NCBI RefSeq assembly: GCF_004010195.1
Contig: NC_057750.1
Span: 8,824,684 to 8,888,683 of the forward strand
Source of the DNA: Chiloscyllium plagiosum
Lineage: Eukaryota
Direction: 5' to 3'
Length of the DNA stretch: 64,000 nucleotides
Position numbers and translations under genes: made by a program. The notes beneath the pieces were generated by a model. It was not told the DNA's origin. It did not search any database and saw only the letters and a program-made list of their open reading frames with translations. This document shows positions 23,285 through 37,470 of the stretch, one piece after another (within the stretch, counting starts at the first letter, position 1; each line of letters opens with the position of its first letter).

Positions 23285-25260
23285 AGTCAAAAGAATATGG
23301 TGCTGGAAAAGCACAGCCGGTCAGGCAGCATCCGAGGAGCAGGGGAGTCAATGTNNNNNNNNNNNNNNNGGGGGAAGGTAGCTGGGAATGTGATAGGTGG
23401 ATGAAGGTGGGGGAAGGTGATAGGTCAGAGGGTGGACTGGATAGGTGGGATGGAAGATGGACATGCCATGAGGGCAGTGCCAAGTTGGATCTGGGATAAC
23501 GTTGGGGGAGGGGAAATGAGGAAACTGATGCGATCCACATTGATCCCATGTGATTGGAGGGTCCCAAGGCAGAAGATGAGGCATTCTTCCTCCAGGCGTC
23601 GGGTGGTTAGGGAGTGGTGATGGAGGCGGCCCAGGACCTGCATGTCCTTGGTGGAGTGGAAGGGGGAGTTAAAGTGTTCGGCCACGGAGCGGTGAGGTTG
23701 TTTCATGCGTGTGTCCCAGAGATGTCTTCTGAAGGGTTCTGCAATGTAAAGGAGATCACACTGGGAGCAACAGGAGATGAAGTGTGTGGAAATGCAGGTA
23801 AATCTCTGACAGATGTGGAAGGCCCCTTTGGGGCCTTGGACAGAGGTGAGGGGACGTGTGGGCGCAGGTTTTGTAATTCTTGTGCTGTCAGGGGAAGTGC
23901 CAGTAGGGGAGGGTAGGTTGATGGGGGGCTAACAAGGGAGTCGCAGAAGGAATGGTCTTTATGGAATACAAATAGGGGTGGGGAGGGAAATATATCTCTG
24001 GTGGTGGGGTCTGTTTGTAGGTGGCGGAAATGGCAGAGGATGATGCGATGTCTTCAGAGGTTGTGGGGTGCAAGGTGAGGACCGGGGGATTCTGTCCTTG
24101 CTGCGGTTGGAGGTCTGGGGTTCGAGGGCAGGAGTGCGGGAAGTGGAGGGCATCATCGACCATGTGGGAGGGGAAATTGCAAGCTTTGAAGGAGGCCACC
24201 ATCTGGTGTGTGCTGTGGTGGAATTGGTCCTGTTGGGAGCAGATGTGGCAGAGACGGAGGAATTGGGAATACGAGATAGTGTTTTTACAGGAGGCAGAGA
24301 TGTAGTCCAGGTAGCTGTGGGAGTTGGTGGGCTTGTAGTAGATGTCCGTATTAAGTCAGTCACCCTTAATGGATATGGAGAGGTCCAGGAAGGGGAGGGA
24401 GGTGTCCGAGATGGTCTAGGTGAACTTAAATTCAGGGCAGAACATGTTAGTGAAGTTGATGAACTGCTCAACCTCCTCGTGGGAGCACAAGTTGGAGCTG
24501 ATACAGTTATGGATGTAGTAGAGGAAAAGATGGGAGTGGTGTCAGTATAGCTGCAGAAGATGGTCTGTTGCACATACCTGACGAAGAGGCAGGCATAGCT
24601 GGGGCCCATGCGGGTGCCCGTGGCTACCCCTTTGGGCTGGAGGAAGTGGGAGGATTTAAAGGAGTGATTATTGAGGGTGAGGACCAGTTCAGCCAATTGA
24701 ATGAGTGTATCAGTGGAATGGTACTGGTGAGGTCGACGGGAGAGGAAGAAACGGATGTCTTGGAGGCTATTGTCATGGCAGATAGACGTGTACAGGGACA
24801 GGATGACCATGGTGAAGATGAGACTTTGGGGGCAGGGAAACGAAAGTCACGGAGGAGGTGGGAAGAAACCGATGTCTTGGAGGCCATTGTCATGGCAGAT
24901 AGATGTGTACAGGGACTGGATGTCCATGGTGAAGATGAGACTTTGGGGGCAGGGAAACGAAAGTCACGGAGGAGGTGGAGGGAGTGGGTGATGTTCTGAA
25001 CGTGGGTGGGGAGCTCCTGGACCGGGGGATAGGAGAGCATCAAGGTATATGGAGAGGGGTTCGCTGGAGCAGGAGCAGGCTGAGACAATGGGTCGGTCAG
25101 GTTTGTGAATATTGGGTAGGAGGTCGAACCAGGCCATGCGGGGTTCCTGGACTATAGGTTGGGAGCTGTGGGTGGGATATCCTATGAGGTGATGAGGTTG
25201 TTCTTGGGCTGGGAGATGATCATTTGATGATGGGAGGTGGGGTCATGATCAAGGGGGCAA
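23285..25260 (-). mobile_element. Penelope-like retroelement remnant (RT + GIY-YIG endonuclease + terminal repeat)
   Basis: RT: SLYTSI...LAELVLTLNN.SF...KGVATGTRMGPSYACLFV. EN C-terminus: VAEHFNSP.HS..DMQVLG...RRLEEE.LIF.LGTLQ.HGINVD. Frameshifted, with an internal ~117-bp tandem duplication at 24745-24980. Confidence 0.9.
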
Positions 25261-25661
25261 CTCAATTTACATTTCCATAGCACCCTTCACCACTGCAGAA
25301 AAGCCCTTATCGCTCTGCAGCCCACTAAATATTCCTGAAGTGTAGTCAATGTAATGATGTCAGAAAAGCAGCAATTTGCACACAGCAAAACAATAATGAC
25401 CAGATCTTGGATAGTTACTGCACAAAGACTCATTGAGCCTGTACCAGCTTAATACAAATTATAAACTATTTCCTCTTATTCTCTATAGTTTGTTTTACCC
25501 TCATCCAATTTCCTTATGTAAGTCACCATCTGATCTGCCTTCACTCTGAGGCTGCACATTCTAGATTGAAAAGTGTTAAAATGTTTTTCAGATGGCCTCT
25601 GGTTCTTTTGCCATCAGTTTAAATCCTCATCCTGTTTCTTGACCCTTTCACCATTTCTGTT

Positions 25662-26155
25662 TCATAAAACAATACAGCGCAGAACAGGCCCTTCAAACCT
25701 TGATGTTTCCCCAACCTGTGAACTATTCTCAGCTCGTCCCCCTACACTATCCCATCATCATCCATGTGCTTATCCAAGGATTGTTTAAATCTCCATAAAG
25801 TGGCTGAGTGAACTACATTAGCAGGCAGGGCATTCCACACCCTTACCACTCTGAGTAAAGAACCTGCCTCTGACATCTGTCTTAAATCTATCACCCCTCA
25901 ATTTGTCGTTATGCCCCCTCATACAAGCTGATGTCATCATCCTAGGAAAAAGACTTTCACGTTCTCCCCTACCTAATCCTCTGATCATCTTTTATGTCTC
26001 TATTAAATCCTCTCTTTGCCGCCTTCTCTCCAATAAGAACAGACCCAAGTCCCTTAGCCTTTCCTTATAAGACCTTCCCTCCAGACCAGGCAACATCCTG
26101 GTAAATCTCCTCTGCACCTTTTCCAATGCCTCCACATTCTTCCCAAAATATGGCG
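25662..26155 (-). mobile_element. CR1/L2-group LINE 3' end
   Basis: The reverse complement has LEKVQRRFTRMLPGLEG.SYKERL..LGL-type sequence plus a tail. Confidence 0.75.
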
Positions 26156-26604
26156 ACTCTTGTTCAGAAGCCTCATGACTCCAATATCTTTATCCTCTTC
26201 TCCAACTTACAGTCCCTGCTTTATCAATTTCTGCACAACTGAAGTTACAAATCCATTGAATCATTCAATCTTTTCCTGCGCTTCTTAAATGTTCACCTCT
26301 TCCAAAAAGAGACAGCCAGAATTGGGCACATCACTCCATTTAAGGCCCAACCAATGTCTTGCTCATCATTATTTCCTTTCTCAGTTTATAAAACCAAGGC
26401 TCTCAGATGCCATTCTCTCCATGGGCCCTGACACCTTCAGTGATTTCCGTACCCCTCTCTGTCAGCCTTTCTTTCCCTGCACCCTGTAGAATTGTGCGCT
26501 TGTGTGGCAAATGGCCTACTCTTGTTCTTCCTGTCAAGTTGTTGACTGGCTAGCAGGTTTACGATGCAGAGAAATGGCAACAGTTTGGTGAGACTGAGGT
26601 GAGC

Positions 26605-26870
26605 ATGAATCATGAAATCCTGAGTGTGAAAGCAGGCCATTCAACCAGAGTCTGCATCGAGCTCCTGAAGAGTATCCCATCCAGACCCCCCACCCTATAA
26701 TCTTGCATTTCCCATGGCTCGCCTGCACACCCCTGGACACTACATGGCCAATCCACCCTAACCTGCTCATCTTTGGATTGTGGGAGGAAACTGGAGCAGC
26801 CGGAGGAAACCCACACAGACCGCGGGGAGAATATTCAAACTTCTGACGGCCGGTCACCCGAAGGGGGATA
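26605..26870 (-). mobile_element. HE1-type SINE, partial
   Basis: Body and tail motifs are present; the head is missing. Confidence 0.7.
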
Positions 26871-27354
26871 AAACGAACCCAAACTCTTTCTCCAGGGTAG
26901 GGATTCTATGTTCCAGATTTGATTAGTATGGCCACAATCCTAAGGCAATCCTCAGGGATTGGTGGGCTAGAATTCCACAAGATTCCTTTGCCAGGACGAC
27001 ACTTTTGTCACCTTCAATCCAACCCAGGAATGCAAGGTCATTCAAGGTTCCTTTCCAACACCCCACAAAAGGGTCAGTTGCCCATCTGCCCTACCCTGTG
27101 GGTGGACCTCAGTGTGAGAGAGCGACTGTGTGTATGAGAGAGAGAGCGAGTGCACGAGAGAGAGTGAGCGAATGCTTCAAGACAGAGCAACGTCCTGTGA
27201 AAACACAGCAGGTAGCCTGGTAGGAAGTAGCTACAATTGGTCATGAAAACCAATCTGGGAATCAGAACATGCACAAGTGCTATACGTGGGCCAAATGGTC
27301 TCTTGTTCACACCGTAGGGATTCTAACATTCTACCCAGTTTGTTATCTGCCTCC

Positions 27355-27435
27355 ATGCACAAAAAGATCAGAGCGAGGACACAGCACAAGGTATTCGTTG
27401 ATATGTTTTAATTAAATCAATGACTTTGTTACAGG
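27355..27435 (-). terminator. Candidate cleavage/polyadenylation site
   Basis: Minus-strand ATTAAA at 27407-27412, an upstream TGTA, and a downstream GU/U-rich element (cttgtgctgtgtcctcgctctgatctttttgtgc). It coincides with the edge of the repeat-poor block. Confidence 0.6.
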
Positions 27436-30400
27436 AATCTGGTACATCTGAGGCAACGTGCTGTTAAAAAACAATTTGCAATTTATGTATGAATGTATGT
27501 ATAAGCAAAAATAAATCCAAAAACAATTTAACACAAGGAATTATTGCAGATTCACTCTTTTCCCCGAATCACAGTAGCGCTAGTCATTATATTTTACAGC
27601 GCAGTCTCTGTACATATCAGGTTATTTATGCTGAAGGCCGTGGTACCCCCAAGAGGTTACTGCATTTTGCTTCCACTGTTAGTCATCCAGACTCATATTG
27701 AGATGCAAAGTTGATCCACCTGTGATTGCAGTGGAAGTTTACAGAACGCCGCCACCCCCACATTTTATTACAATGATGGCAAGGAAAAGATTTGGCGTAA
27801 ACTAAGCGAGGGATGTCTCTTTTAAGTACATGTGCTCAAATTATTAAAAGCATCTTCAAAGTAACTTGCGTGGCTGAATTTCAGAGGGATGGTGGGAGGC
27901 TGCGGGCCAATGTGTGTAACTTGGTGGCGACTAGTTTCCTTGACACCCCCACCACAGGCCGGTGCCACAGAGACCAGATAGTTTGTCTTATTCACCCAGG
28001 ATTGAACTGGCGATTGATCACTCAGAGTTGGGAACCCCCCAAGTTCCCAACCAACCCCCAGGAGTGCGGATCATCCTCTGGCCAATGGACGAATCAGTTT
28101 CAGTATTTCCTGTACAGCTAGTTTCAAATTATAGGAAGGTTTGCACACACAGGGGTGGGATATGAGACAGTTTGCTTGGGGGAGGGGTAGGGAGACACGC
28201 TATTATTGCGTCTAATGTGTACCACAGTATAAAGGGGGTAGGTTACCAGCGAGATTAGCCACGAGCTGAACTCTCAGGGTGAAAAGAGTTTTAAGATGCA
28301 GGTACACATACCCAAGGAGTGTCATTGGTGGGGGGCTGAGGCGTGTGTTTGCATGAGGTCTTTATCCCTCAGCCAGTGACGGTGATGAACACAAACAGAA
28401 GGGAAGAGCATGACTCCAGTCTCCAGGAGTAACTGACTGCATGAGGCATCTTTCTGAGCTCAGCAGCTGCCTTTGGATGCCCAGAACGGAGACCCGCACA
28501 AATCACTAGTGATTTTAACAAACACTGCCCTCTGGGGAGGGGGGTGGAGAGAAGATGCTGAGTCTCATGTGTCACCAGAGAGGAACCTTTCCCAACACGA
28601 AGTCTAGCCTCACCTACTTGTACACACATGCAAGGCCAAACACCAAATAAAACAGGCCTACGCCTCAACAGGAATGCAAAGGGCACAGAAAACATCCTCA
28701 AAACTTGCAGCTCCACGACAGAAAGGGGAGTGGGGAAACAAACACACACAGGTTTCTATTCTGCATTCCCTGAACAGTACTGGAACACTGTCCTTGGGTA
28801 TGGTTTGATGGGCACCGGGGAAAGCAACATCCTGGCATACCTCAACAGCGCAGGACAGTTGGGTCCTCTGCTTGACGGAGTTTAACACAAACAGAGCAAG
28901 AGGAGCAGTGGAACACTGATGCTCTGGACGTTATATAGGAAGGAGATACTGACACTCAAGCCTTTTGTGTGCCCCATGTCGCACTCCACACTGGCAAACT
29001 GCAATTGGGCGCTTTAAATAGAAAGCCAAAAACTTCAACACAGGCAATTTAGGACAGCTGAGATTACTGGAGCCATGGGACCTGTCAGTCCTGTGCCACA
29101 AGAATCAAAGCCCAGGATGCAGGGGTACATCACGAGGTCTTTAAACTGAACAGGAAGTGAAACCCAGAACATGGAGTTGTCCTGAAGGATTGGGGATGGT
29201 GAACAGAAATCCAGCTGTCCGAGGAGTTGGTTGGGGGTGGGGGGGGGGCATGAATTGCAGATCCAGATGCAGCATGCGCCTCTGGATAACTCGACTGCAG
29301 TGTTCCCAGGAAGTACCCTCATCCAAACTGCATACTCTAGTGTGGTCAATGAGCAACGTTGCTCCTGTTCCATCCAGGGCCAGACTCCCGATGACATCCC
29401 ACAAGATTAACACATTTCTCCACCCTCTCCAGTGAAGACAGTGAGCAATGGGGAGAATGGGGCACACAAAAAGCTCTATTTACACAATCCGTTGCTCACT
29501 GATCAATGGTGGCTGGGGGAGAAAGAGAAGCAACTTACCTTTCCTCCATCTGTCTCAGCTGCACTGTGCCACAGCAGCTGGAAATATGGAAGATCTGGTC
29601 TCAGTGAGTGACTGACGGACATTAACAGATCCTCCACTTGGGCATACACGAGAAGCTAGCCTTGTTGGGCTAAATGAAGTCCTTTCACTTGCTGCTTTGT
29701 GACTAATCTCTCTCCTCTCCCATCACACATCGCACTCTAATATCACGACCAGCCACCCCACCAAACCAAACTTGCGCTACCAAGGAGGCAACGGGCGAGC
29801 AAGCTCAGCATCAGGGAACACGTAATAGAGGGATACAGGCAAAGGGTTGTTGCTATGGGAGTTAGGATGCAGTGATAGCTCAGGACTCTGCAAAATTCAC
29901 AAAGAGGTAAAACAATAGAGAAGTGAATGCCCAAGGCATGAGTGTGACCACATGGGCCTGTTTGGGTGGTCATGGTTGGCTCTGAGAACTCGTGACCCCC
30001 ATCCCCTCCACCATAAATTGCTCCCCCTCCCCGTTTACTTTGAGTGGCCCTGAGTTAAAGGAAGTGTCAGAGTCTTTCAATGATGCTCATTCATTTGAGC
30101 AGCTGTGTCAGGAATGAATTACATAGGCTGTAGGGTTGGACAGAAAGGGTAAGCTACTGTCACCAAGACCTCAGACCTCGACAAGGTGAGGACGAGCTGC
30201 GTCTATTGGAAGGACGGTGCAACGAGAAACAGCCGATGAGAAGTGCACAACGCAGCGGATTTACAGCACCCACCCGTGAATTAATCGGAGTAGCAGCAGT
30301 GAGGAGCGTCAGCAAAATGAAAGCCTTAAGTGCTCTGATACCCAGTTCGACTTGAAGCTCAGGTAGCCTGGATTTAACACCTCTTCCTTCAAATGAACAC

Positions 30401-33400
30401 ACACACTCGAGGAGCTGTTTATAATCACAGAACAACCAAAAACATACACAGAAATAAATAACATTGACCAAAAAAAAAGCAGCATAAAACACAGGAGGCA
30501 GAGTCAAAAACCTGACCTATTTACAGAGCAAAACTGGGCTTCAAATATACATACTGGCCATGAAGACAACTGCAAAAATTGCCTCATTCCTATCATTTTA
30601 AAAAATAAAATAATTCATGGGGAATGCAGCACGAGTACAACTAAAGAGAGTAGGTGCTGTTTGCTACTCGAGAGATTTGTGCTTCATAATGAGTGTAAGG
30701 ATCCAGTTTTTAGGCTTTCATGTAAGTAAAGACCGATATAACACAGGAGGGGGCAAATCATCTGAGCAATCAGTGGCAGCTCTCCTCTGGGTGTGGCTGT
30801 GATAGATTTCCTTCCAGTGCTCAAACAGGAAATGAACACAGTTTTTAAGAAACCCCAGCAATGTCCTCTGCCCCATACTCACCGTAATTCTGGACCAAAG
30901 GCTGAAAGGTGTTTGGCTGTCATAGCAACGCTGTCACTCGTGTGTGACCACAGAGAACCAGCTGGCTGCTCTCTCACTGTGGCACCATCCAGTTCCTTTT
31001 TGTTTAAAAAAAGGATTGGGAATAAAGCAAACCAGCATCACCACGCTTAGTGCCAGAGTCAACACCCCTGTCCTGAGTGACTGTCGGTAACTTCGATGGG
31101 AGATCACATCTACACTGTCTTACCAACAAAATTATAGGGAAACACGCTCGCTCAGTCTCAGCCATCAAACAAACCATGTGACTAATAAGTGGAACATAAC
31201 TGCATGTCAATTAAAGGGGCACAAAGATTTCAGAAAGAAGCACACGCAGAACTTAGGTTAGGAGAACTGACAGTTACGTTGGTCAGGCCAACTGCACTTT
31301 CCGGTGTAACCTAGGTTTCTGCATTGTGCAATGGGTTGACACAACTACTCTAACACCTGCAGGGCAATGGGGAAATCAGCACATACCCAAACTCACCAAC
31401 AAAACAAAATAATGACAGCTTACAGACAATACTGTGCAGCTTTAGGAAGAAAATTAGTGGTGTGGCCTGGGGCAAGACATGCTCACCACGCAAATGGGTA
31501 CATTTCTCTCCTGCACTCTCCCTTTCCCAGTTATAGAGACTATTGTAAGAAATACAGCACTTTGCAGCTCTCCAGCATCGAGCCCCACTCTCCCTATCTT
31601 TCCTCCCCAGCAACAAATCCTTTCTCCCCAGGGCACACCACAAAACTGAGACACAGCCTTCCAGCTGACCACATGGCCCACACATCTGGAGTGGAGGGTT
31701 GGATTAAGCGGGCCTTCACCCAAACACACCCACTGCAAGACATTCTCGCTGTTTCAAATGTTTAGTCCTAAGTGCAAAACTTTAAAAATTTCCTGATAGT
31801 TTGCTAGGGGCTCTGACCCTCAACAAGAGGAGTATTCCAGTGACACGCTACAGACGCAGTGCAAAAATCAATCAGTCCAGTGGATGGGCCAGTACACAGG
31901 CTTTGAACCAGCATTAATCGGTTTGGTGGTTGGAGTGAGGGTGGGAGAAAATGACTTCTGATAAGTGTTAAAATGACTGGACAGTGGATGCAACCCGAAG
32001 GCGCATGAAGAAACAACGTGGGGGAACCTGGCAAGGCTACATAACAGGAGTATATCAATGATATTCGAACATTACTGACTAAATCTGGCAAAACTGGGGG
32101 AGAACAGTACCTGGTTGCTACTAGTTATCCAAAGATTCCATTTTGATCCCATTCCTGTGCCTCATCCAACCCCACGAGTGAGGGACATATGAGGAGTGAG
32201 CGGCTGCATTTTTATTCAAGAGAAGCAAGTGCACAGAAGGTGCGCAGAGAGATGTCAGGTAACAGGGGAAAGGAAAAGAACTGGCAGCTTCTTTTTGGTT
32301 ATGGTGGATTTTAAAACATGCCACTTATAAAGGATTGGGGGAAGGCTCATGGTTAATGGTAAAAGGGAGCCAGCATTAAATTTAAATTGGCTCATGAAAA
32401 CACAAGGAAAACGTTTTGTGTTAAGTTCCATCCGTGGGTTTAAAATAGGGCAGTGAGCCATTCATCAACTGACCAGCAGGCTAAGACCTGCCTGCACACA
32501 CAGCTGCGACAGGGGGTTGAGTCCAGGAGAGAGACTTGCTAACTCGGTTCTGCACATCAAAGCGGTGGAATGACAAAACATTACTGCTGGCTGCTGCAGG
32601 AAGGCCAACAGACTCAGATGTTTGAGAAAGCCTCCTCAAATTATAGCAACAAGTGCAGCTATTCCACAGCTTTGGGATCATACCCCAGAAAATTGAAAGC
32701 CTACAGAGCTGAAAGAAATGCCAAGCATCCAGTTGTACCAGCTTCTACAGTAGTGGTGCCAGCTTTCTGGTGATGGCCACCAACCCAGAGCATAGCCCAA
32801 TACCCAATTCTGGGCAGAGCGCAATATCCAGTGAGGGTCACGCTTGCTATTCCTACTTGGCAAACACATGCTTTCAATTGTTCTTACTGGAAACCTGTTA
32901 CTTCAGAGCAAAACACATTTACACAATTACAGAAAACAAGGCAATGGCAATGCCATCCACACAAATAAGGGCCCTTTCTCCGAGGGAAGCTGGCACAGAA
33001 CTCCTGTGCTCTTTGTAAAGGGGAAGCAGGTGGAGTGACAGGGAATCTTGCTCAACCACCACCGGCTGGTGCCTCCATCACTGAAGGTCAAAGTTCAGAT
33101 GGAGAAGCAAGCCAAAGGGCACAGATGAACCTCACAGTGCCAGTTGGCTTGCCACGCCTTGACAGAGCTGGGCACCTCATAGGGTCTGCGCCACCAAATA
33201 CTGCCTGCGTGAACCAATTCTGTAACATACTAGAGGGTCAAGCGATTTCATAAACCAGAAGCATGGAACTGCGGTTTAATCATTATCCTAACCCCTGATG
33301 CGGTTTTAGCATTCTGAAATCATCTCACATTTGCCTCATTTGTACTTAGCCAATAGGGGGTTTAACTCTGGAATATCTCTATCCAACGTTAACACAAGAG

Positions 33401-36400
33401 TTTCCTTATTTGACCACAATAACCGCCAATGCCAGTTGCAGAGATTTGCGTGGAACGGATCCACACTATAGGCCAAGACCAACTGAATCAAGTTTAAGTT
33501 GGGCAGTTTCACTGAAGAAACAGTATTCTGTTTTACAGCAATCGTACTTTGAATAAACCATTACATATTAAAGTGTGCACGTGTGTGTGGAGAAACAGGT
33601 TCATTGTACAACAATGTCCTCACCAGTCATTCACACATTACTCCTCCAGTATACTGCAACTGGCTTCAACTCCAAGTATCAACTTTTCTTTACACACACG
33701 AATATGGCAAACCAACATGTTCTTCATGAAGGGCAATTACAAAAACGCAACAAACACAAGCCCAGAGTTTTACAACAGGCAATGTTCCTCTCCTGTATAT
33801 ATTTATAAAACCTTCTTTATTCACCTCCATCACTGTAGAAAACATAGCTGGGTTTTAATCGTCAGAACGTTTGAGCATAGCAAGCACGGCAAGGGGAGTT
33901 CAGAGTTAAGCTCAAGTTCCTTTTCAATGAGTTGACTTTGGTTTGAGTCTGGCTCAGGCTGAGCCTGCTGTAACCTAGGAAACTAATCTCAACTGCATCG
34001 GGTTCAGACGAGTGGAGCGTGCTGCAGCTGGTGAGAACTCAAGTCAGATCAGGTCGAGCTGAGGGCAGCTCCATATGGTGGGATTAGATGGGAATTTCTA
34101 GTAAAGTTGTAAAACAGTACTGTATGGAATAAAGTCATACAGGACACTACACATCGGGGAGCAGCACAGTTCTGTAGAACTTTGGCATACTTATTGACAA
34201 ACCTCTCGAATTTCAACTCACATTAGCTCAAACTTGGTATCCTGACCAAGGTCCAGCACTTGATGTATTGCTCTACTGGGGAAAGCATTAGGGACAGATA
34301 AATGATAGGGCAAGACCGTAATCAAGAAGCATCACACAATAGTTCAATTGTTGATGTTCCCTACCTGGGAAGGAATATAACTGCTCTATGACCAAGGGTC
34401 AGAAACAAATGAGGACATTAAGTTAAAGGTGACCTTGGAAAGAACGGGAAGGACATTTACAAAACAATCAGTGAATGTGCAAACAATACAGGCAAAATGT
34501 AGTCAGTACATATATCCCCAATCTCAAAGATGACCTTGGATTGAGGCGGAGGGAATTACTACCACAGTCAAGTTCAATCCTGCTGTTTGCAAACTGAGGA
34601 CACAGCGCATAGTGATCAGGTGCAGGAACTCCAGCTCACAGTACAGACTAACTGTTCAGACAAGAGTTGATAGGTCCTTGGTTCTGCCTGATTAATAGTT
34701 CATGAATCTACTAATTGGGAGTGCAAATGTATTTACAGCTCCAACCTACTGTTCACTGCTGTCTCAGAACCCATGCAGGCCATGCTGTTATTGTGGTAGA
34801 GTCTTGAGAGAAATTGCCTGATAAATGAAATCTCAATGATGGAGGGTGTTTTTTCCAGGGCGGGGGTATTTGGGAGACTATTTGGATTGATACATCGAGG
34901 GCTAATGCAACATGACCATTGCATCAAAGTAACAACCATTACAAAACTTCCTTTGAAACACGAGCCTGTTACTCAATCCGCAAGCAGGATTATTATTCAA
35001 GGAACAATCAGGCTCACGTTGAAGTCTGAAAGGAACTTACAGCAATGTCAATTCTTGGCCCGGTTGGGATGGATGGGTGGGGAGGGACAGACAGATAGAG
35101 AGAGATGTATGATAGGTGATGCAACAGCTCTCAAAGCAAAAGCTGGACCCAAATCTGCCACTTTGCACAGCCTGAAGCTGCTCTGGTCCCAGTGGACAGA
35201 ATCTTCCTATCAGCTTTGGGCTCAACAACTTGATGAGTCAAGATTTACTCAGTCAGTTGCTTTCGTGGCGAAGAGCATTTGGTTAACGCTCCAAGGTTTA
35301 ACAACACAGTAAAAGGAGTTACAAACATTGCATTAGCTGTAGGGTATCAAGGTGACTTCCTTTTAAATGCATTAAATATTTAGACTGGGTTACCAAAGCA
35401 TTTGACCAGCTGGCATTTTATGAGGGGGAATGAGGCGGCATTGGAAAGGGATTCACCTCCAATGACCCAGACAGGAAATGAGTGGTGGTAGGGTTTAACA
35501 CCCTGATACCAGAACAGCAACAGGATCTGAACTTCTAGCTTCCGTTTGTAACCAAATCAGGAAAGGAAGACAATACAACACAGGAGGGGGGTGAAGATGG
35601 GCACTCCCCTCACCTGAGTTCTCTGCTCAAACTGCAACCCTCTCCACGAATACCTGCCTCCAAGTCGGAAACACTCTTTTTCCCCATCCCACAAAAAAAG
35701 GTGGGAATCTGGAACACTATCCTCCCAAGGCTGTGGATGCTGGGTCAATCAAAACCAAAGAGTGACTATCAGATTTTTGTTGCGTAGAAGTTTGGAGGGA
35801 TGTGGAGCAAAGGCAACTAAATAGATCTACAGTATGGGCTAGCTACAATCTAACGGCATTGTGAAGCAGGGTTGAGGGGAAGAGTGGAGTATCTCCGGCT
35901 CTGTATTCTCCTAAGCTCCCTCACGAGGCACGGAGAGGGTAATGGAGTGAGGCAGAAGTAAAGGGAATACCGAGAGACCGGCTGCAAAACTCTCCAGAGA
36001 AAATGCACTGTTACTCCTACATATAAGTCAAGTGGGATGTCAGGAGACAATCAAGATAGCTTGAGGTGAGGGAAGGAGTATTGTAGATTAGGAGGCAGAT
36101 AACTAAAACACAAACCAGAACAGGCTTTGGTGATTGAAATAAGAGCAAACGGACCAGTCATCCAGTGCAAAAAGGATGTGTTGACCAACACTGGACACAG
36201 ACTGGGACCAAATGAACATGTACCTGGTTAAGAAAGTTAAATTAAAAGTTACATTGAGCCAGTAGCATTATGGTTATGTTATATGGGAAATTATGGATTC
36301 TATATACAAAAGCCACTTTTGAATAATCAACATACTCAGTGGCAGTGATGAATACAGTCTATTGCACAGAGTCGGCCAATATGCTATGAATTGACTATCA

Positions 36401-36536
36401 CTTCACAAACAAAAAGCCCAACAAGAGAGATCAACTGTTTCACATCATCTCATGTGCACTTTCAACTTTGTTTTATAAAGCAGAAATTATACGTTCCTCT
36501 TTGCACCCTGTGTAGTTACGTGGCTAGGAAGGTCAA
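27385..36536 (-). other. RAB4B: Putative long terminal 3'UTR exon of RAB4B
   Basis: About 9 kb nearly free of the SINE/LINE copies that saturate the flanks, with no credible ORF. Candidate acceptor aactgtattcctttcAG ends at 36537 (uncertain). A poly(A) signal lies at the distal end. Confidence 0.5.
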
Positions 36537-37236
36537 CTGAAAGGAATACAGTTATATAAAACATTGGAATTGTAAGGATAGCTCACTAAACAGGCAGATG
36601 ACACACATTATATTGTACAGGTAGGAGCTCTGGATCATTAGACCTCAAGGCAAGGCACCAACCCCCAGAAAAATAAGCCAAGGCCAGTGCTTCATCCTCT
36701 GGTTCTAAAGTTTCCATCAAACTGATTGAGTTGTAGCACTATTGAAGAGAAGAAAATGAAGTCAGAGGCATTGATACGTAAACTGGAAAAGCTTCCTTTC
36801 TCAAACTCTCAAGCTTCTGAAACACTTCTAAAATGTAGTAAATAAATAATAATGTACATACATGCATTAACATATTTAATAATTAATCATGCTGTATTAA
36901 TGTATTTGCATAACTATGTAACAGGCAACAAGTATTTAATGTATGACTCTACAACATCCTAAAACATGGTTGGGCCAACATTTACTGCTCATCCGCCTTG
37001 AGAAGGTGGAGAGTTGCCTTCTTGAACCGCTGCAGTCCATTTGGTACAGGTACACCCAGAGTGGTGTTAGCAACATCAATACTGCTCCCTCTACACTGTC
37101 CCCATTACTCCATGACAGGTACAGCACTGGGCTAGATACCCAGAGTAAAGTACCCTCTATTCTTTTAAAATTAAAGTGTAAATAAATCTCCCGCAATACT
37201 GACTCCATCAAACTCTCCCAGGACAGAGGCAGAAGC

Positions 37237-37470
37237 ATAGAGTCACAGAACCTTACAGTGTGGAAGCAGAGAATTTGACCCATCAAGTCTGCACTGGCCA
37301 TCTGAAGAGTATCCCATCCAGACACACTCCCCTACCCTATCCCTGTAACCTTGCATTTCCTATGGCTAATTCACCTAACCTGGACACTAGGGGCAATTTA
37401 ACATGGCCAATCCACGTAACCTGTATATATTTGGACTGTGGGAGGAAACTGGAGCACTCAGAGGAAACCC
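37237..37470 (-). mobile_element. HE1-type SINE, partial
   Basis: Tail and central domain (ggactgtgggaggaaactggagcac). Confidence 0.7.

Noticed and set aside
23959..24810. 283-aa ORF as a functional reverse transcriptase
   Set aside because: It frameshifts before the catalytic DD motif, and the element has a tandem duplication and multiple lesions; a dead copy.
1..27300. EGLN2 or another gene expected downstream of RAB4B from mammalian synteny
   Set aside because: No recognisable prolyl-hydroxylase or other host exons. Small exons could have been missed by eye.
27813..35312. Many 60-158 aa ORFs in the repeat-poor block
   Set aside because: No recognisable domains or consistent splice structure; lengths are compatible with chance.
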